Shown here: in pieces, positions 1-9,855 of the stretch | Layout: every line of letters begins with the position of its first letter | How positions within the stretch are numbered: the first letter of the stretch is position 1 | Source of the DNA: an uncultured candidate division Zixibacteria bacterium | GTDB lineage: Bacteria > Zixibacteria > MSB-5A5 > GN15 > FEB-12 | Length of the DNA stretch: 64,000 nt | Assembly (NCBI GenBank): GCA_963664195.1 | Contig: OY760907.1 | Location: 800,001 to 864,000 of the forward strand | Direction of reading: 5' to 3' | The notes under the pieces: model-generated | Told to the model about the DNA's origin: nothing | Seen by the model: the letters and a program-made list of their open reading frames with translations, nothing else | Database searches by the model: none | Program-made: the position numbers and the translations under genes

Positions 1-2469
1 GTATCTATCGATCAGCGTCTGAGTATCCTCTTTGGAATGGGACTCCGCAAGGATATTGAAGGAGGCTCTGAGCCTGTCGGGGACAACATACACCCAGCCG
101 CCGTCTTCCTTAATGCGGACACCGTCGACCATCTGTCGTTCCCTGTTTGCGGATTCAGTTATCAGGTGTCTCATCACCGTTCCTTTCCTGGCCCAGGGGC
201 AGGGGACAGAGGTGGTCTGCCTGATATAGTGCTCGTATTTCTTGCGGAAATCTGCGACATCACGACCGTCTCGGGCGAGCATCTCAAAAATCCTGACCGC
301 TGCAACAATACCGTCGGCTCCTGTCTGGAACCCGGGGAATATGAACCCGCCTCTCGTTCCCCCTACAAACGAAACACCGCCATCGCGACGGATGTCCATC
401 ATCGCCTGATGGTCGCCTCCGACCCGGACAACCTCAACGCCGTGCTCGGCAGCTATCTCTTCAACGCCCATCGAAGCGCCGATAGGCACTGCGATCCGCG
501 CCGGACGGTGCCCTTTGAGGAATAACTCGGTAACCATCAACAGCAATGTCTGTTCATCAAGCGGCACTCCCTGACGATCGACCAGAGTTAGTTTCTCGGT
601 AGCTGCGTTGATTCGGATACCGAGGTCGGCATTCAGCGAGCGAACGATAGTCGATAACTGCACGATAGCCTGCGCACGTTCTTCATGAGTCACGGAGCAT
701 TTGTGCGCCGAGGGATTCGCATTCAATTCCGTCACCGAAATTCCGAGCTTGGTGAACAGCATCGGGTAGACCTGGGAAGAGGAACCAAAGGCGTAGTCAA
801 CGACGGCCTTGAAACCGGCTTTTCTAATGAGGTCCACATCGACCGAGGCTAAAAACTCGTCCTGATAATCCTCCAGTACCCGCTGCGGATAATCCAGATG
901 ACCAATGTCATCAATGGAGGCCCGTTCATAATCCTCGCCAAAATAGTTTCTCTCAAGCTTTTTGAGTTTGGCCGTCGGCATGTCAAGTCCTGAGCCGTGG
1001 AAGAAAATGAAATCGAGTTGACGGTAGTCCTCGGGGTTATGTCGCACGTATATGCCGGCGTCGTACCGTCCTTTGGAAAGCGCGTATCTGACCACCGGGA
1101 CAGGCATGGTCTCAAGGTCAGAGACATGAACGCCAGCCGCAAGGAGTCCGGAGATGAGAGAACGCCGCAGAAGACGAGTGACATCGGAGGCATCGCGGCT
1201 GGTGACCACTGCCGACCCGGCACCCAGTGCCGCGCCGAAAGCTGCCCCCAGACGCACGCCCATTTCAGGTGTGATCTCTGTCATCGCAAGTCCGGATATC
1301 TTGGAGTCGGTGCAGAGCTCGCGGTTCCATTTCTCGCCCCAGACCAGCGAGGCAGATACGATTGCCCCGTCGTCGACCGTCTTGCTCGGCCATATTTTGC
1401 AGTTGGCTTTAACAGTGGCAAAGTTACCGATTGTGCAGTCATCAGAAACAATAGCGTTATCCAGCAACTGAACATCGTTACCCAGTCGTGCCCCGGCGCA
1501 AACAATCGCGCTTGAGAAACGACAGCCGTTGCCAACGGTAGTGTCCGCCCAGAGTACGGTATCACGGAGATCGCACTCCCTGCCGATTCGTGAGCGGGCG
1601 CCAATTGAACAATTGTGAAGATGGGTGCCGTCGTCAATACGGACGTCGTCACCGAGAATCACAGTACCGGTAAACTCGACACCTTCGCCGACTTGTAGAT
1701 TGTTTCCCTGATGAACGGTCCCTTCTCCTATGTTGGCCTTCCTCACCTTCAGATCAAGATGAAGCTGTTCTTCGAAGATGTGTCGGTGGACACGGTAATA
1801 CTCGTCGACATTGCCGACGTCCTTCCAGTAGCCATCCATAATCTTGCCGCAGAGCTTCATCCCTTTTGCCAGCATCAACGGATACAAGTCTTGGGAGAAG
1901 TCAAAATTGGTGTGCTCGGGAATCAACCGGGCCGCTTCCGGCTCCAGAATATAGATTCCGGTGTTGATCGTATCGGAAAACGCCTCACCCCAGGTCGGTT
2001 TTTCGAGGAAGCGTACGATACGCCCGGTTTCGTCGGTGATCACGATGCCGTAGGCAATCGGATTCTCGATGCGCGTGAGCAGAATGGTGGCATCCGCCTC
2101 TTTCGATTTGTGCCACTCGATAGCTTCTTTGAGATCAAAATCAGTTATGACATCACCGGAGATAATCAGCACAGGTTCATCCGGTTCACCCATAGCGTAG
2201 CGGACAGCGCCGGCGGTACCGTAATCATCGTCAGGCTGGGCGTAGGCCATGGAGATTCCGAATTTCGCCCCGTCAAGGAAGTAGCTGCGGATGATCTCCG
2301 GCTGGAAATACAATAGCGACGTGACATCCGTAAGCCCACTCCCGGCCAACAGCCCGACCACATGTTCCATCATGGGGATATTTCCGATGGGAACCATCGG
2401 TTTGGGAGTGTTGATTGTCAGGGGGCGAAGCCTGGTACCAAAGCCGCCGGCCATCACGATCGCTTTCAC
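1..2469 (-). CDS. Bifunctional mannose-1-phosphate guanylyltransferase / phosphomannomutase (3' end runs off the window)
   Basis: Not in the ORF track because there is no stop inside the window. Read by hand from GTG at 2469: VKAIVMAGGFGTRLRPLTINTPKPMVPIGN (nucleotidyltransferase motif), with ...VVPDRLRASFNILAESHSKEDTQTLIDRY in the same frame at the window edge. About 823 aa, matching the NTP-transferase + hexapeptide + phosphohexomutase fusion. Confidence 0.88.
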   Translation of the reverse strand, partial: MKAIVMAGGFGTRLRPLTINTPKPMVPIGNIPMMEHVVGLLAGSGLTDVTSLLYFQPEIIRSYFLDGAKFGISMAYAQPDDDYGTAGAVRYAMGEPDEPVLIISGDVITDFDLKEAIEWHKSKEADATILLTRIENPIAYGIVITDETGRIVRFLEKPTWGEAFSDTINTGIYILEPEAARLIPEHTNFDFSQDLYPLMLAKGMKLCGKIMDGYWKDVGNVDEYYRVHRHIFEEQLHLDLKVRKANIGEGTVHQGNNLQVGEGVEFTGTVILGDDVRIDDGTHLHNCSIGARSRIGRECDLRDTVLWADTTVGNGCRFSSAIVCAGARLGNDVQLLDNAIVSDDCTIGNFATVKANCKIWPSKTVDDGAIVSASLVWGEKWNRELCTDSKISGLAMTEITPEMGVRLGAAFGAALGAGSAVVTSRDASDVTRLLRRSLISGLLAAGVHVSDLETMPVPVVRYALSKGRYDAGIYVRHNPEDYRQLDFIFFHGSGLDMPTAKLKKLERNYFGEDYERASIDDIGHLDYPQRVLEDYQDEFLASVDVDLIRKAGFKAVVDYAFGSSSQVYPMLFTKLGISVTELNANPSAHKCSVTHEERAQAIVQLSTIVRSLNADLGIRINAATEKLTLVDRQGVPLDEQTLLLMVTELFLKGHRPARIAVPIGASMGVEEIAAEHGVEVVRVGGDHQAMMDIRRDGGVSFVGGTRGGFIFPGFQTGADGIVAAVRIFEMLARDGRDVADFRKKYEHYIRQTTSVPCPWARKGTVMRHLITESANRERQMVDGVRIKEDGGWVYVVPDRLRASFNILAESHSKEDTQTLIDRY

Positions 2470-2496
2470 AGCTCAATTCCTTTGAATATGTTATGT

Positions 2497-3165
2497 TCAC
2501 ACGGTCAGGAAACCTGCCGCACTCAGTCGACTCGCTATATCACTAAATGTCTCATACGAGTTGTAGGGAATGTCATTGTCCCGACAATACACTTCGAGGT
2601 CTTTCTTGGCAAACACGAGATCCGCCTCCCTGGCGGCACAGGCGTCGGAGTAGCCGTCGCCGACAAACACCATGATCGTACCTTCGGTGAACACCTTGCG
2701 ATATTCGCGAATTCGTTCTCCCTTGCAACTGCCGCAGCTTTTGCAGTCATGGTTGGTATAGGGAAACTCGATACGAAGACCGTCATTCTCCAGATATCCC
2801 TTGTTGCAGACTACTTTTATGAATCCCAACCCGCTGCGTCCGAGGATTTGATGGATATACAGATCCAGACCCTCGGATACTATTGTCAGCGGTACGCCCG
2901 CTCCTCGACACCGCCATTCAAACTCTAAGAACGTCTCATCTATGGTGAACTGTTCCAAAAATTCGAGAATCTCAACCGACGAGGCGTGCACCATTTCAGC
3001 TTCTTTGACCAGCACCTCCCGGCTTGAGAGTATGCCGGCCTTCCAATCGGGAAGCAGCTCATCGTTACGACCACCTGAGAAATGGTGAAACATATTGTAG
3101 CCCACATCGTGGGCGGCGACTGTTCCGTCAAAGTCGCAGAAGACGGCTATTTTGTTGGTACTCAT
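2497..3165 (-). CDS. HAD-IB family phosphatase (MtnX-like)
   Basis: FCDFDGT motif I, IVSEG motif II, FVGDGYSD motif IV and a CxxCxxC-K segment. Start taken at ATG 3165. Confidence 0.85.
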   Translation of the reverse strand: MSTNKIAVFCDFDGTVAAHDVGYNMFHHFSGGRNDELLPDWKAGILSSREVLVKEAEMVHASSVEILEFLEQFTIDETFLEFEWRCRGAGVPLTIVSEGLDLYIHQILGRSGLGFIKVVCNKGYLENDGLRIEFPYTNHDCKSCGSCKGERIREYRKVFTEGTIMVFVGDGYSDACAAREADLVFAKKDLEVYCRDNDIPYNSYETFSDIASRLSAAGFLTV

Positions 3166-3337
3166 CAAACAGATTTCGTCATTTAGTTGTTTCGGATCAC
3201 ACAGGAGCAATATACGCGTTGCCTGCCCCAGAGCATCGTAAAAACCGGGCTGTTGTCATCAAAAATCGGAAACAACTGTCGTTTTCCGGGGATGTCGCAG
3301 TTGTATTAGTCGATTCCTGACACTCTGATAGCACTAT

Positions 3338-4924
3338 CTAAAAACCACTGGCACGGTCCGCTTTGAGAACCTCAGCGGCAAACCTTATGTCCGGTCTGTA
3401 CGGGACAATTGCTCGTTGATACGCAGCTCTTCCGCCCCCCTGATGTTCCCAGGCAATTTCCTCGAGCCGCATCTTGATATAATCCCCGTAGTGAATGAAC
3501 TCATTGATATCATCCTCGTGCGCCAACTCGCTGATATCTTCGCAGACAGCGCGTGTCTCAGATTCGTTTTCACTTAAACGGGCTATCTCAAGTAGAAACA
3601 CGGCCGCCTCGGTCACGGGAGACACATACTGGAATTGTTCGGACCAGGCATACTCGCGAAATCGCGCTACCCACAGGTCATCAAGTTCATCTTCTCCGGA
3701 AGCCTCGACAATCTCTTCGCTGTGAAAGTTTCCGAATTGGTTCAGCAAACGAGAGTACTCAAGAGTCAGCGGAAAAGCCTCGTGATCGACAAACTTCAGC
3801 ACATAGTCCGGCACCAGACCGTGGCCGACATCCTCAAGCACGGAATCGAATTCGTTGAGATAGATGCCCCCCTCGAGATAATACCTCGATACGGTCAAAC
3901 GAAGCGCACCACCATCGACTAACCGCGTGAATCCCTGTACCAAACCTTTGCCGAAAGTAGTATCCCCAACCAGCACCGCCCGGTTAAGCTGCTGAAGAGA
4001 ACCGGCGACAATCTCAGCGGACGAGGCCGACCCGCCGTCAACAATCACGGCCATGGGCAACCCGCCAGTGATGTCAGAGCCGGTCGAGTAATGCTCCTCC
4101 TCGTTCCACACCGACCTGCCCCTGGTCCCGACAATGAACTGGCCGCCGTCGAGGAACAAATTGGCGGTTCGGTATGCCTCCTGGAACAGCCCGCCCGGGT
4201 TTTCACGGAGATCGAGCACCACCCCCTGCGGCGTGATTTCCTCCGAAGATATGAGCGAGTCAAGGGCAGCCTCGAGGTCGTCGGAGGCACCGGCATCGAA
4301 ATCAAGCATACGCACATAGATCATGCTGTCCGCAGTGAATCCGGCATAGGGAACATGGACGAGATTGATCCGGCGTCTTGTGATATCTACGTCCAGCGTA
4401 TCACCGCTGCTGGGACGGAATACAAGTGCGTTGAGTTTGGTCCCCTCCATCCCCCGTATGTATGCCGTTGCGTCCGCTGCCGAAAGTCCCTTGAGATCGG
4501 TTGAGTCGGCCCGAATTATGATGTCCCCCGTGAGCATCCCAGCTTCATCTGCCGGACCATCTTCACGCACTGAAATCACCAGCAGACCACGGCCGTTTTC
4601 CACAACAGTCACGCCGATTCCGGTGTACCGGCCCGTCATTTCCTCGTTAATACGGCCGAACTGCTCCGCGTTGTGATAAGTGGAAAATCTGTCCAGCCGG
4701 TCGAAAATGGCGTCAATGCCGCTATCAAGCAGTCGGTCCCAGTCAACGTCGTCTCTGTAGACGCGATCAATGCCGATTGCCACCCGGGTGAGGCGAAACG
4801 TCTCGTGCAAGTCATCATCCGCCAGCACATAAACCGCCACACCACCTGATATGAGCACAATCAGAAACATGAAAATCACAGAAAGGAGAATGTAGCGCCG
4901 CTCAGGGATTTGAGAAGACATCAC
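3338..4924 (-). CDS. S41 family carboxyl-terminal processing protease (CtpA/Prc-like)
   Basis: N-terminal TM, PDZ (GIGV...), DLRENPGG, catalytic SASSAEIVAGSLQ and TFGKG motifs. Confidence 0.93.
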   Translation of the reverse strand: MMSSQIPERRYILLSVIFMFLIVLISGGVAVYVLADDDLHETFRLTRVAIGIDRVYRDDVDWDRLLDSGIDAIFDRLDRFSTYHNAEQFGRINEEMTGRYTGIGVTVVENGRGLLVISVREDGPADEAGMLTGDIIIRADSTDLKGLSAADATAYIRGMEGTKLNALVFRPSSGDTLDVDITRRRINLVHVPYAGFTADSMIYVRMLDFDAGASDDLEAALDSLISSEEITPQGVVLDLRENPGGLFQEAYRTANLFLDGGQFIVGTRGRSVWNEEEHYSTGSDITGGLPMAVIVDGGSASSAEIVAGSLQQLNRAVLVGDTTFGKGLVQGFTRLVDGGALRLTVSRYYLEGGIYLNEFDSVLEDVGHGLVPDYVLKFVDHEAFPLTLEYSRLLNQFGNFHSEEIVEASGEDELDDLWVARFREYAWSEQFQYVSPVTEAAVFLLEIARLSENESETRAVCEDISELAHEDDINEFIHYGDYIKMRLEEIAWEHQGGGRAAYQRAIVPYRPDIRFAAEVLKADRASGF

Positions 4925-5565
4925 TTCGCTCCCATCCTCTGAGCCAGCAGCCTCTTGACATCGGCGAATATCTCATCGACAGACCCCAGGGCGTCGATCA
5001 CTCTCACCCGGTCGCTCTCTTCGGCGGCGATTTGCAGAAAACCTCTACGGACCCGCTCGAAAAACGCACGCGATTGCGACTCCAGACGGTCAGGCTCATT
5101 ACCACGACGCGAAAATGCCGTATCCAGATCAACATCGAAAACCATTGTCAAGTCTGGCGTGATCTCCCCCACCGCAACCTTATGCAACTGCTTGATCATG
5201 GCGATATCGAGTTGCCGTCCGTACCCCTGATATGCGGTGGTGCTATCGTAGAACCGGTCGCACAGGACGATCTGTCCGGCTTCAAGCAAGGGCCGAATCT
5301 CGCGCTCAGTGATTTCGCTGCGAGCGGCCTCGTAGAGAAGAAGCTCAGTGGTATCTGTGAGCGAGGAATCATTGCTCAGTAGAATATCACGAATCTTCTC
5401 AGACACCGGCGTCGATCCCGGTTCGCGGAGTTTAGTAACAGTGTACCCCAGCGAAATCAGATGGTCATGCGCCCTGTCCAACTGCGTAGTCTTGCCGCAA
5501 CCGTCGATACCCTCGAAGGTCACGAAGAGGCCGCGTTTATTTTGCGAGTTCTGTGTCATTACCAT
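4921..5565 (-). CDS. tmk: Thymidylate (dTMP) kinase
   Basis: FVTFEGIDGCGKTTQ P-loop, REPG, CDRFYDSTTAYQG. Start at ATG 5565 or 5559. Confidence 0.96.
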   Translation of the reverse strand: MVMTQNSQNKRGLFVTFEGIDGCGKTTQLDRAHDHLISLGYTVTKLREPGSTPVSEKIRDILLSNDSSLTDTTELLLYEAARSEITEREIRPLLEAGQIVLCDRFYDSTTAYQGYGRQLDIAMIKQLHKVAVGEITPDLTMVFDVDLDTAFSRRGNEPDRLESQSRAFFERVRRGFLQIAAEESDRVRVIDALGSVDEIFADVKRLLAQRMGAK

Positions 5566-5568
5566 AGA

Positions 5569-5755
5569 GTCGAAACCGCAGGACAACGATGTTACGTGGG
5601 TTTCGACCTACTACTGTCTCATTTCCGTTGATGTCGAAACCGCAGGGGTTTCGACCTACTACTTACGGATGTTGTAGGGCGGGTCCGTCCGCGAGCCCAC
5701 CGGGGATGTCGAAACTACAGGACAACATGGTTGCGCCGAGCTCGACCTGCTCTAC
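5569..5755. repeat. Cluster of REP-like palindromes (family A: GTCGAAACCGCAGG...GGTTTCGACCTAC)
   Basis: Copies at 5569-5611 and 5633-5659, plus a GTAG...CTAC-bounded doublet at 5674-5755. Related copies at 45606-45667 and 50663-50704. Confidence 0.8.
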
Positions 5756-5826
5756 CGCCAGGTGCCGTCATTTGTCCCTGCGAGAGGGCACTCCATACGT
5801 TGACAAATATCCGTATGCTCAATAAG

Positions 5827-5854
5827 AAAACCGGCGATGCATCATCGCCGGTTT
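5827..5854 (-). terminator. Intrinsic terminator after ino1
   Basis: AAACCGGCGATG-cat-CATCGCCGGTTT hairpin with an A-run on the left (U-tail on the minus strand). Confidence 0.75.
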
Positions 5855-5884
5855 ATACTAGTCAATAAGTCTGTCAGGGCAAAC

Positions 5885-7144
5885 TTATTTTTTCGCCTTC
5901 ACCACTCTCTTGGCAGTCTTCTTCGGAGCTGCCTTCTTGGGCGTTACCTTTTTCGGCGCTGCCTTCTTGGGCGTTACCTTTTTAGGCGCTGCCTTCTTGG
6001 TCGCCGGTTTCTTAGCAGCAGGTTTACGAGCAGCTCTCTTGACCTTGCTGGTTCCCACTGCGGTGGTCTTCCAACCGTATTTGGCGATGAACTCCTCGGT
6101 CATACGGCGGGCTTCCGGATCGGTGTACTGGACCGGCGGGGACTTCTTGAAGTACGACGACGGCTCGATCAACGCACCAGAGAGATGATTGTCAAGAGCC
6201 AGCTTGCAACAACGCACGGCATCGATCACAACACCCGCAGAGTTCGGGCTGTCCCAGACTTCAAGCTTCAGTTCCAGATTCAGCGGCACATTGCCAAAGG
6301 TCGTGCCTTCCATACGAATATACGCCCACTTGCGGTCATCGAGCCACTCGACATAGTCGGAGGGTCCGATGTGAATGTTCTTCGGATCAATGTCGAAATC
6401 GAGCTGTGAAGTCACAGAGTTGGTCTTGGATATCTTCTTTGATTCCAGGCGGGAGCGCTCGAGCATGTTCAGGAAGTCGGTGTTACCGCCGACGTTCAAC
6501 TGGCTGGTGCGCTCAAGTTTGACACCGCGCTCAAGGAACAGGCGAGTAAGGACACGATGCGAGATCGTGGCGCCGACCTGAGACTTGATATCATCGCCGA
6601 TAACCGGCAGACCTTTTTCTTTGAATCGCTTCTGCCAGTATGCTTCGCGGGCGATAAAGACCGGAATGCAGTTCACGAGGCCGCAGCCCGCATCGAGAAT
6701 CTGCTCAACATACCACTTCGTGGCCTCTTCGGAACCAACCGGAAGATAGTTCACCACGACATCAGTCTTGGTGTCCTTGAGCAGCTTCACGATATCAACC
6801 GTGTCGCCCGGAGCCTTCTCGATGACCTGTGAAAGATAGTAGCCGAGACCGTCGTGGGTCATACCGCGCTGAACCGTAACGCCGGATTTCGGGACCTTGC
6901 AGAACTTGTACGTATTGTTCGGCTTCGTGTAGATGGCTTCGGAGAGATCCTTGCCGACTTTGTTCTTGTCGATGTCGATGGCAGCGGAGAACTCGATGTC
7001 ACGGATGTGGTATCCGCCGAGGTTGACGTGCATCAGGCCCGGGACCTTATCTTCGTCTTTGGCCTTCTTGTAGAACTCGACTCCCTGTACCAACGAGGAG
7101 GCACAGTTGCCGACGCCGATAATGGCGACTCTCACTTTACTCAT
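5885..7144 (-). CDS. ino1: Inositol-3-phosphate synthase (MIPS) with Lys/Ala/Pro-rich C-terminal tail
   Basis: [62 protein letters not shown] and YFKKSPP motifs of actinobacterial/archaeal-type Ino1. Confidence 0.96.
   Translation of the reverse strand: MSKVRVAIIGVGNCASSLVQGVEFYKKAKDEDKVPGLMHVNLGGYHIRDIEFSAAIDIDKNKVGKDLSEAIYTKPNNTYKFCKVPKSGVTVQRGMTHDGLGYYLSQVIEKAPGDTVDIVKLLKDTKTDVVVNYLPVGSEEATKWYVEQILDAGCGLVNCIPVFIAREAYWQKRFKEKGLPVIGDDIKSQVGATISHRVLTRLFLERGVKLERTSQLNVGGNTDFLNMLERSRLESKKISKTNSVTSQLDFDIDPKNIHIGPSDYVEWLDDRKWAYIRMEGTTFGNVPLNLELKLEVWDSPNSAGVVIDAVRCCKLALDNHLSGALIEPSSYFKKSPPVQYTDPEARRMTEEFIAKYGWKTTAVGTSKVKRAARKPAAKKPATKKAAPKKVTPKKAAPKKVTPKKAAPKKTAKRVVKAKK
5928..6000. repeat. 30-bp tandem repeat (about 2.4 units) encoding [10 protein letters not shown] in the Ino1 tail
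   Basis: gctgccttcttgggcgttaccttttt(c/a)ggc at 5928 and 5958, partial at 5988. Confidence 0.9.
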
Positions 7145-7217
7145 GGTTTGCTTCCCTTCTTCTATCCGTATTCCAAATTCGCATTGTCACTGTCATGCCA
7201 TTTGTTGCAAGCGGCTG

Positions 7218-7247
7218 AATATATTAGACCTTTACACGCGACGTCAA
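7218..7247 (-). promoter_or_regulatory. Putative sigma70 promoter of ino1
   Basis: TTGACG-18 bp-TATATT on the minus strand. Confidence 0.55.
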
Positions 7248-7296
7248 TATATTAGTTGCGTCTTGTGACAAGTTATATATGATTAGTATATAGATT

Positions 7297-7312
7297 ATGA
7301 CCATATAGTCAT
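7297..7312. promoter_or_regulatory. Putative TetR operator
   Basis: Imperfect palindrome ATGACCATATAGTCAT just upstream of the TetR gene. Confidence 0.5.
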
Positions 7313-7329
7313 TTCGACTAGAACGAACG

Positions 7330-7986
7330 GTGTCCAGCATGCTTGATGAAAACGTAGTTGCAGAGTTAGTTCAGCGAAACGTCGTGTCCGATACTTTCCG
7401 GCGACTGGCGCCGGAAAAGAAGCTTCTGGTGTACCGCGCAGCCACACAGTTATTCGGCAGATACGGCTACGACGGCATTGCAGTTGATCGGATCTGTCAC
7501 GATGCAGGGATTTCCAAAGGTTCGTTTTTTCAGTACTTTGAATCGAAAAGTCACCTGCTCGAATTCACGATTCTCGTATTTGATGACTACCTCGCCAAAT
7601 GGGCCGAGGAATTGAAACGTCAGGAAACAGCCGTGCTGGCGCGGGATCGGCTGATGTACCTGTACGATTCGCTTGTCGTGAATGCCAAACTACACCCGTC
7701 GGAGGAAAAGTTCTTCCTGTTTGTCACCCACGCGCTTGACCACGCGGGTGTGGTACTTGAGGGGATTGATCTTGAGCGTCACTTCAGGCAATATGTAAAC
7801 GAAATTGTTGAACGGGCGGTGAGAACCGGCGAGATCAGGGGGGATTTCGAGGTTGACCTTACCGGCTATCTTGTGTCTATCATTATGGAAGCTCTGTTGC
7901 GACGGCAGTTTTCCGGCCGCCGCATGCCTCGTCGCCAGATGCGGGAGTACTTGATTTCGTTCCTGTTCGACGGCATCAAGGCGTAG
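7330..7986 (+). CDS. TetR/AcrR family transcriptional regulator
   Basis: LFGRYGYDGIAVDRICHDAGISKGSFFQYFESK helix-turn-helix. Confidence 0.92.
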   Translation: MSSMLDENVVAELVQRNVVSDTFRRLAPEKKLLVYRAATQLFGRYGYDGIAVDRICHDAGISKGSFFQYFESKSHLLEFTILVFDDYLAKWAEELKRQETAVLARDRLMYLYDSLVVNAKLHPSEEKFFLFVTHALDHAGVVLEGIDLERHFRQYVNEIVERAVRTGEIRGDFEVDLTGYLVSIIMEALLRRQFSGRRMPRRQMREYLISFLFDGIKA

Positions 7987-8100
7987 AATATCCTTGTGAT
8001 GTAAGGCAGGGGCAGACTGCCCGTCTGCCGCCCACAACCCGGGAGTCTTCCGCACTACCGGGGGTGGCACATGGCAATGTGCCCCTGTCGCAACCTTCGA

Positions 8101-9717
8101 CTAAAAGATGTGATGTGTGAAGGAAAGCGAGAGGCCATACCCATCGCTGTTTTCCTCGAACATCCGCTCTGCGAGCACTTCACGGTCGGTCTTCCACCAG
8201 TCCAGATCGACAACCAACGTTGTCGGGACAGAGAGCCGGTACTCCACTTCTGCGCCAAAACTCAGGGTCCAGTAGTGCAGATCCGGCGCGGCTCCTTCGT
8301 CTGGTGCCGGTTCGGGTTCCTCTCGGTCGCCGTCCTGCCTGTAGTAGTTACCGTAGAAGCGAACGCTGGTGCGCTCGTCATGGAAGTACTCTGCCGAGGC
8401 TGAGAGCCAGCCTCGCCAGAGGTCCTGGTAATCCACCTCAGTGGTAACCTCATGATTCATTTCTCTGAGATTCTGGGCACCTACATACCAGTCAAGACGT
8501 GCACCTGCTTCCAATTGCCATCGTAGATTAACCGGCTTGGCGTAGCTGACTGCACAGGTTGCATAGGGTTCTCTATAGACGCGTTTTGTGTACTGAGCGG
8601 ACAGGAATGTATCGACATACACAACTGTATCAACGTTCCCGGTGCCGTCCATATGACGGAGTATGTCGCTCCCGATGCTCCTTTGAGTCACACTTCTCTG
8701 GCTGCTGGTGTGGACGATTGTCACTCCGACGCCCCCGCTCACCGTAAGCCCGAACTGACGACTATCGTTGCCGGGGAAGTAATCCCACACATCCTGAATC
8801 AAATACTGTGCGACTGCCTCCGACTCAGCCATCACCCCTTCCTCCCTCAGGAAACCGACAATGCTCTCCAACGCCTCCATTCGATGCAAACGCGAATCGA
8901 CTGCATGTGTCAGCCGGTAGCGATACACAAGGTCGGTCAATTGCATCATTTCGTTTCTGTCCGGTTCACGGAGGAGAAGGCCGGCATCTCGCAGTTCACC
9001 GATCATGTTCATTGCCATCGCCGCGAAACGTCCCTCGTATTTCCTTCCCCAGCCCGCCGTACATTCCACCTTCAGGTTGTGACCCTTTTGATCACCGTCC
9101 GTATCCTCATAGAGTGCTTGACTACGTTCCCGGACTGATCCGTCAAAACGGTTTTCTGACGAATACCTCTTGCGGAATCGATCCTCACCAGGCGACTGGC
9201 TGTAGTAGTAGGAGTAGTTGAAGTGGATTGCGCCGAAGACGTCCCCTGCGACATACTCCTTCACCCCTATAGCGGGACTGAACCTCACAATGTATTGGAA
9301 CCTTTCAACGCTTATACTATCCTCGGTGATGCGTCCAAGCGTGTCTTGTGCAGCCTCATGCCGATCTGATTCCTGATTATCGATTCGAGTAGTCACCAGC
9401 AACGAGACGTCGAAGTCCCGATCGACAGAGTAGTGATGATACTTCCAATGGGAGAGCAGTGAAGCATTCTGCTGATCGACGTCCTGCTCTCCATCAAAGA
9501 AATCGTATGCGAGCGGATCGCGCTCGTAGCCGGATTCCTTATGGCTTTGACCGGAGAAATCCAGGTCGCCTTCCACTCTCCACTCATAATCAGTCAGCTT
9601 CTCCGGTAAGTAACTCTCTACTCTGAAACCCGTTGTATCAGTAGCTATAGCTGAGAGTGAGAGCGCGAAAACAGCAGCAAGCGTAAGTGCAAGACGTTCG
9701 ATAGCAGTTTGAAGCAT
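8101..9717 (-). CDS. Hypothetical secreted protein, probable outer-membrane beta-barrel
   Basis: Signal peptide, alternating aromatic/polar beta segments, C-terminal YGLSLSFTHHIF ending in Phe. Confidence 0.65.
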   Translation of the reverse strand: MLQTAIERLALTLAAVFALSLSAIATDTTGFRVESYLPEKLTDYEWRVEGDLDFSGQSHKESGYERDPLAYDFFDGEQDVDQQNASLLSHWKYHHYSVDRDFDVSLLVTTRIDNQESDRHEAAQDTLGRITEDSISVERFQYIVRFSPAIGVKEYVAGDVFGAIHFNYSYYYSQSPGEDRFRKRYSSENRFDGSVRERSQALYEDTDGDQKGHNLKVECTAGWGRKYEGRFAAMAMNMIGELRDAGLLLREPDRNEMMQLTDLVYRYRLTHAVDSRLHRMEALESIVGFLREEGVMAESEAVAQYLIQDVWDYFPGNDSRQFGLTVSGGVGVTIVHTSSQRSVTQRSIGSDILRHMDGTGNVDTVVYVDTFLSAQYTKRVYREPYATCAVSYAKPVNLRWQLEAGARLDWYVGAQNLREMNHEVTTEVDYQDLWRGWLSASAEYFHDERTSVRFYGNYYRQDGDREEPEPAPDEGAAPDLHYWTLSFGAEVEYRLSVPTTLVVDLDWWKTDREVLAERMFEENSDGYGLSLSFTHHIF

Positions 9718-9805
9718 GGCTTCCCCCGGTGTTTGGGCGATTGGTTTAGATGGCCCATCCTAATTGGACAATTGCAACCATCTTTATGGTGTGACCAATA
9801 TATAC

Positions 9806-9836
9806 AAAAAAGCGGGCATTGGTGCCCGCTTTTTTT
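9806..9836. terminator. Intrinsic (potentially bidirectional) terminator
   Basis: A6-GCGGGCA-ttgg-TGCCCGC-T7, downstream of the nitroreductase gene. Confidence 0.85.
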
Positions 9837-9855
9837 GAATAGTAGATGATTTTCT

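Noticed and set aside
2497..3165. Methionine salvage pathway (mtnX)
   Set aside because: No mtnW, mtnB or mtnD nearby; only the HAD-IB family assignment is supported.
5569..5755. Mini CRISPR array
   Set aside because: The repeats differ in length and orientation, copies are dispersed, and there are no cas genes; a REP interpretation fits better.
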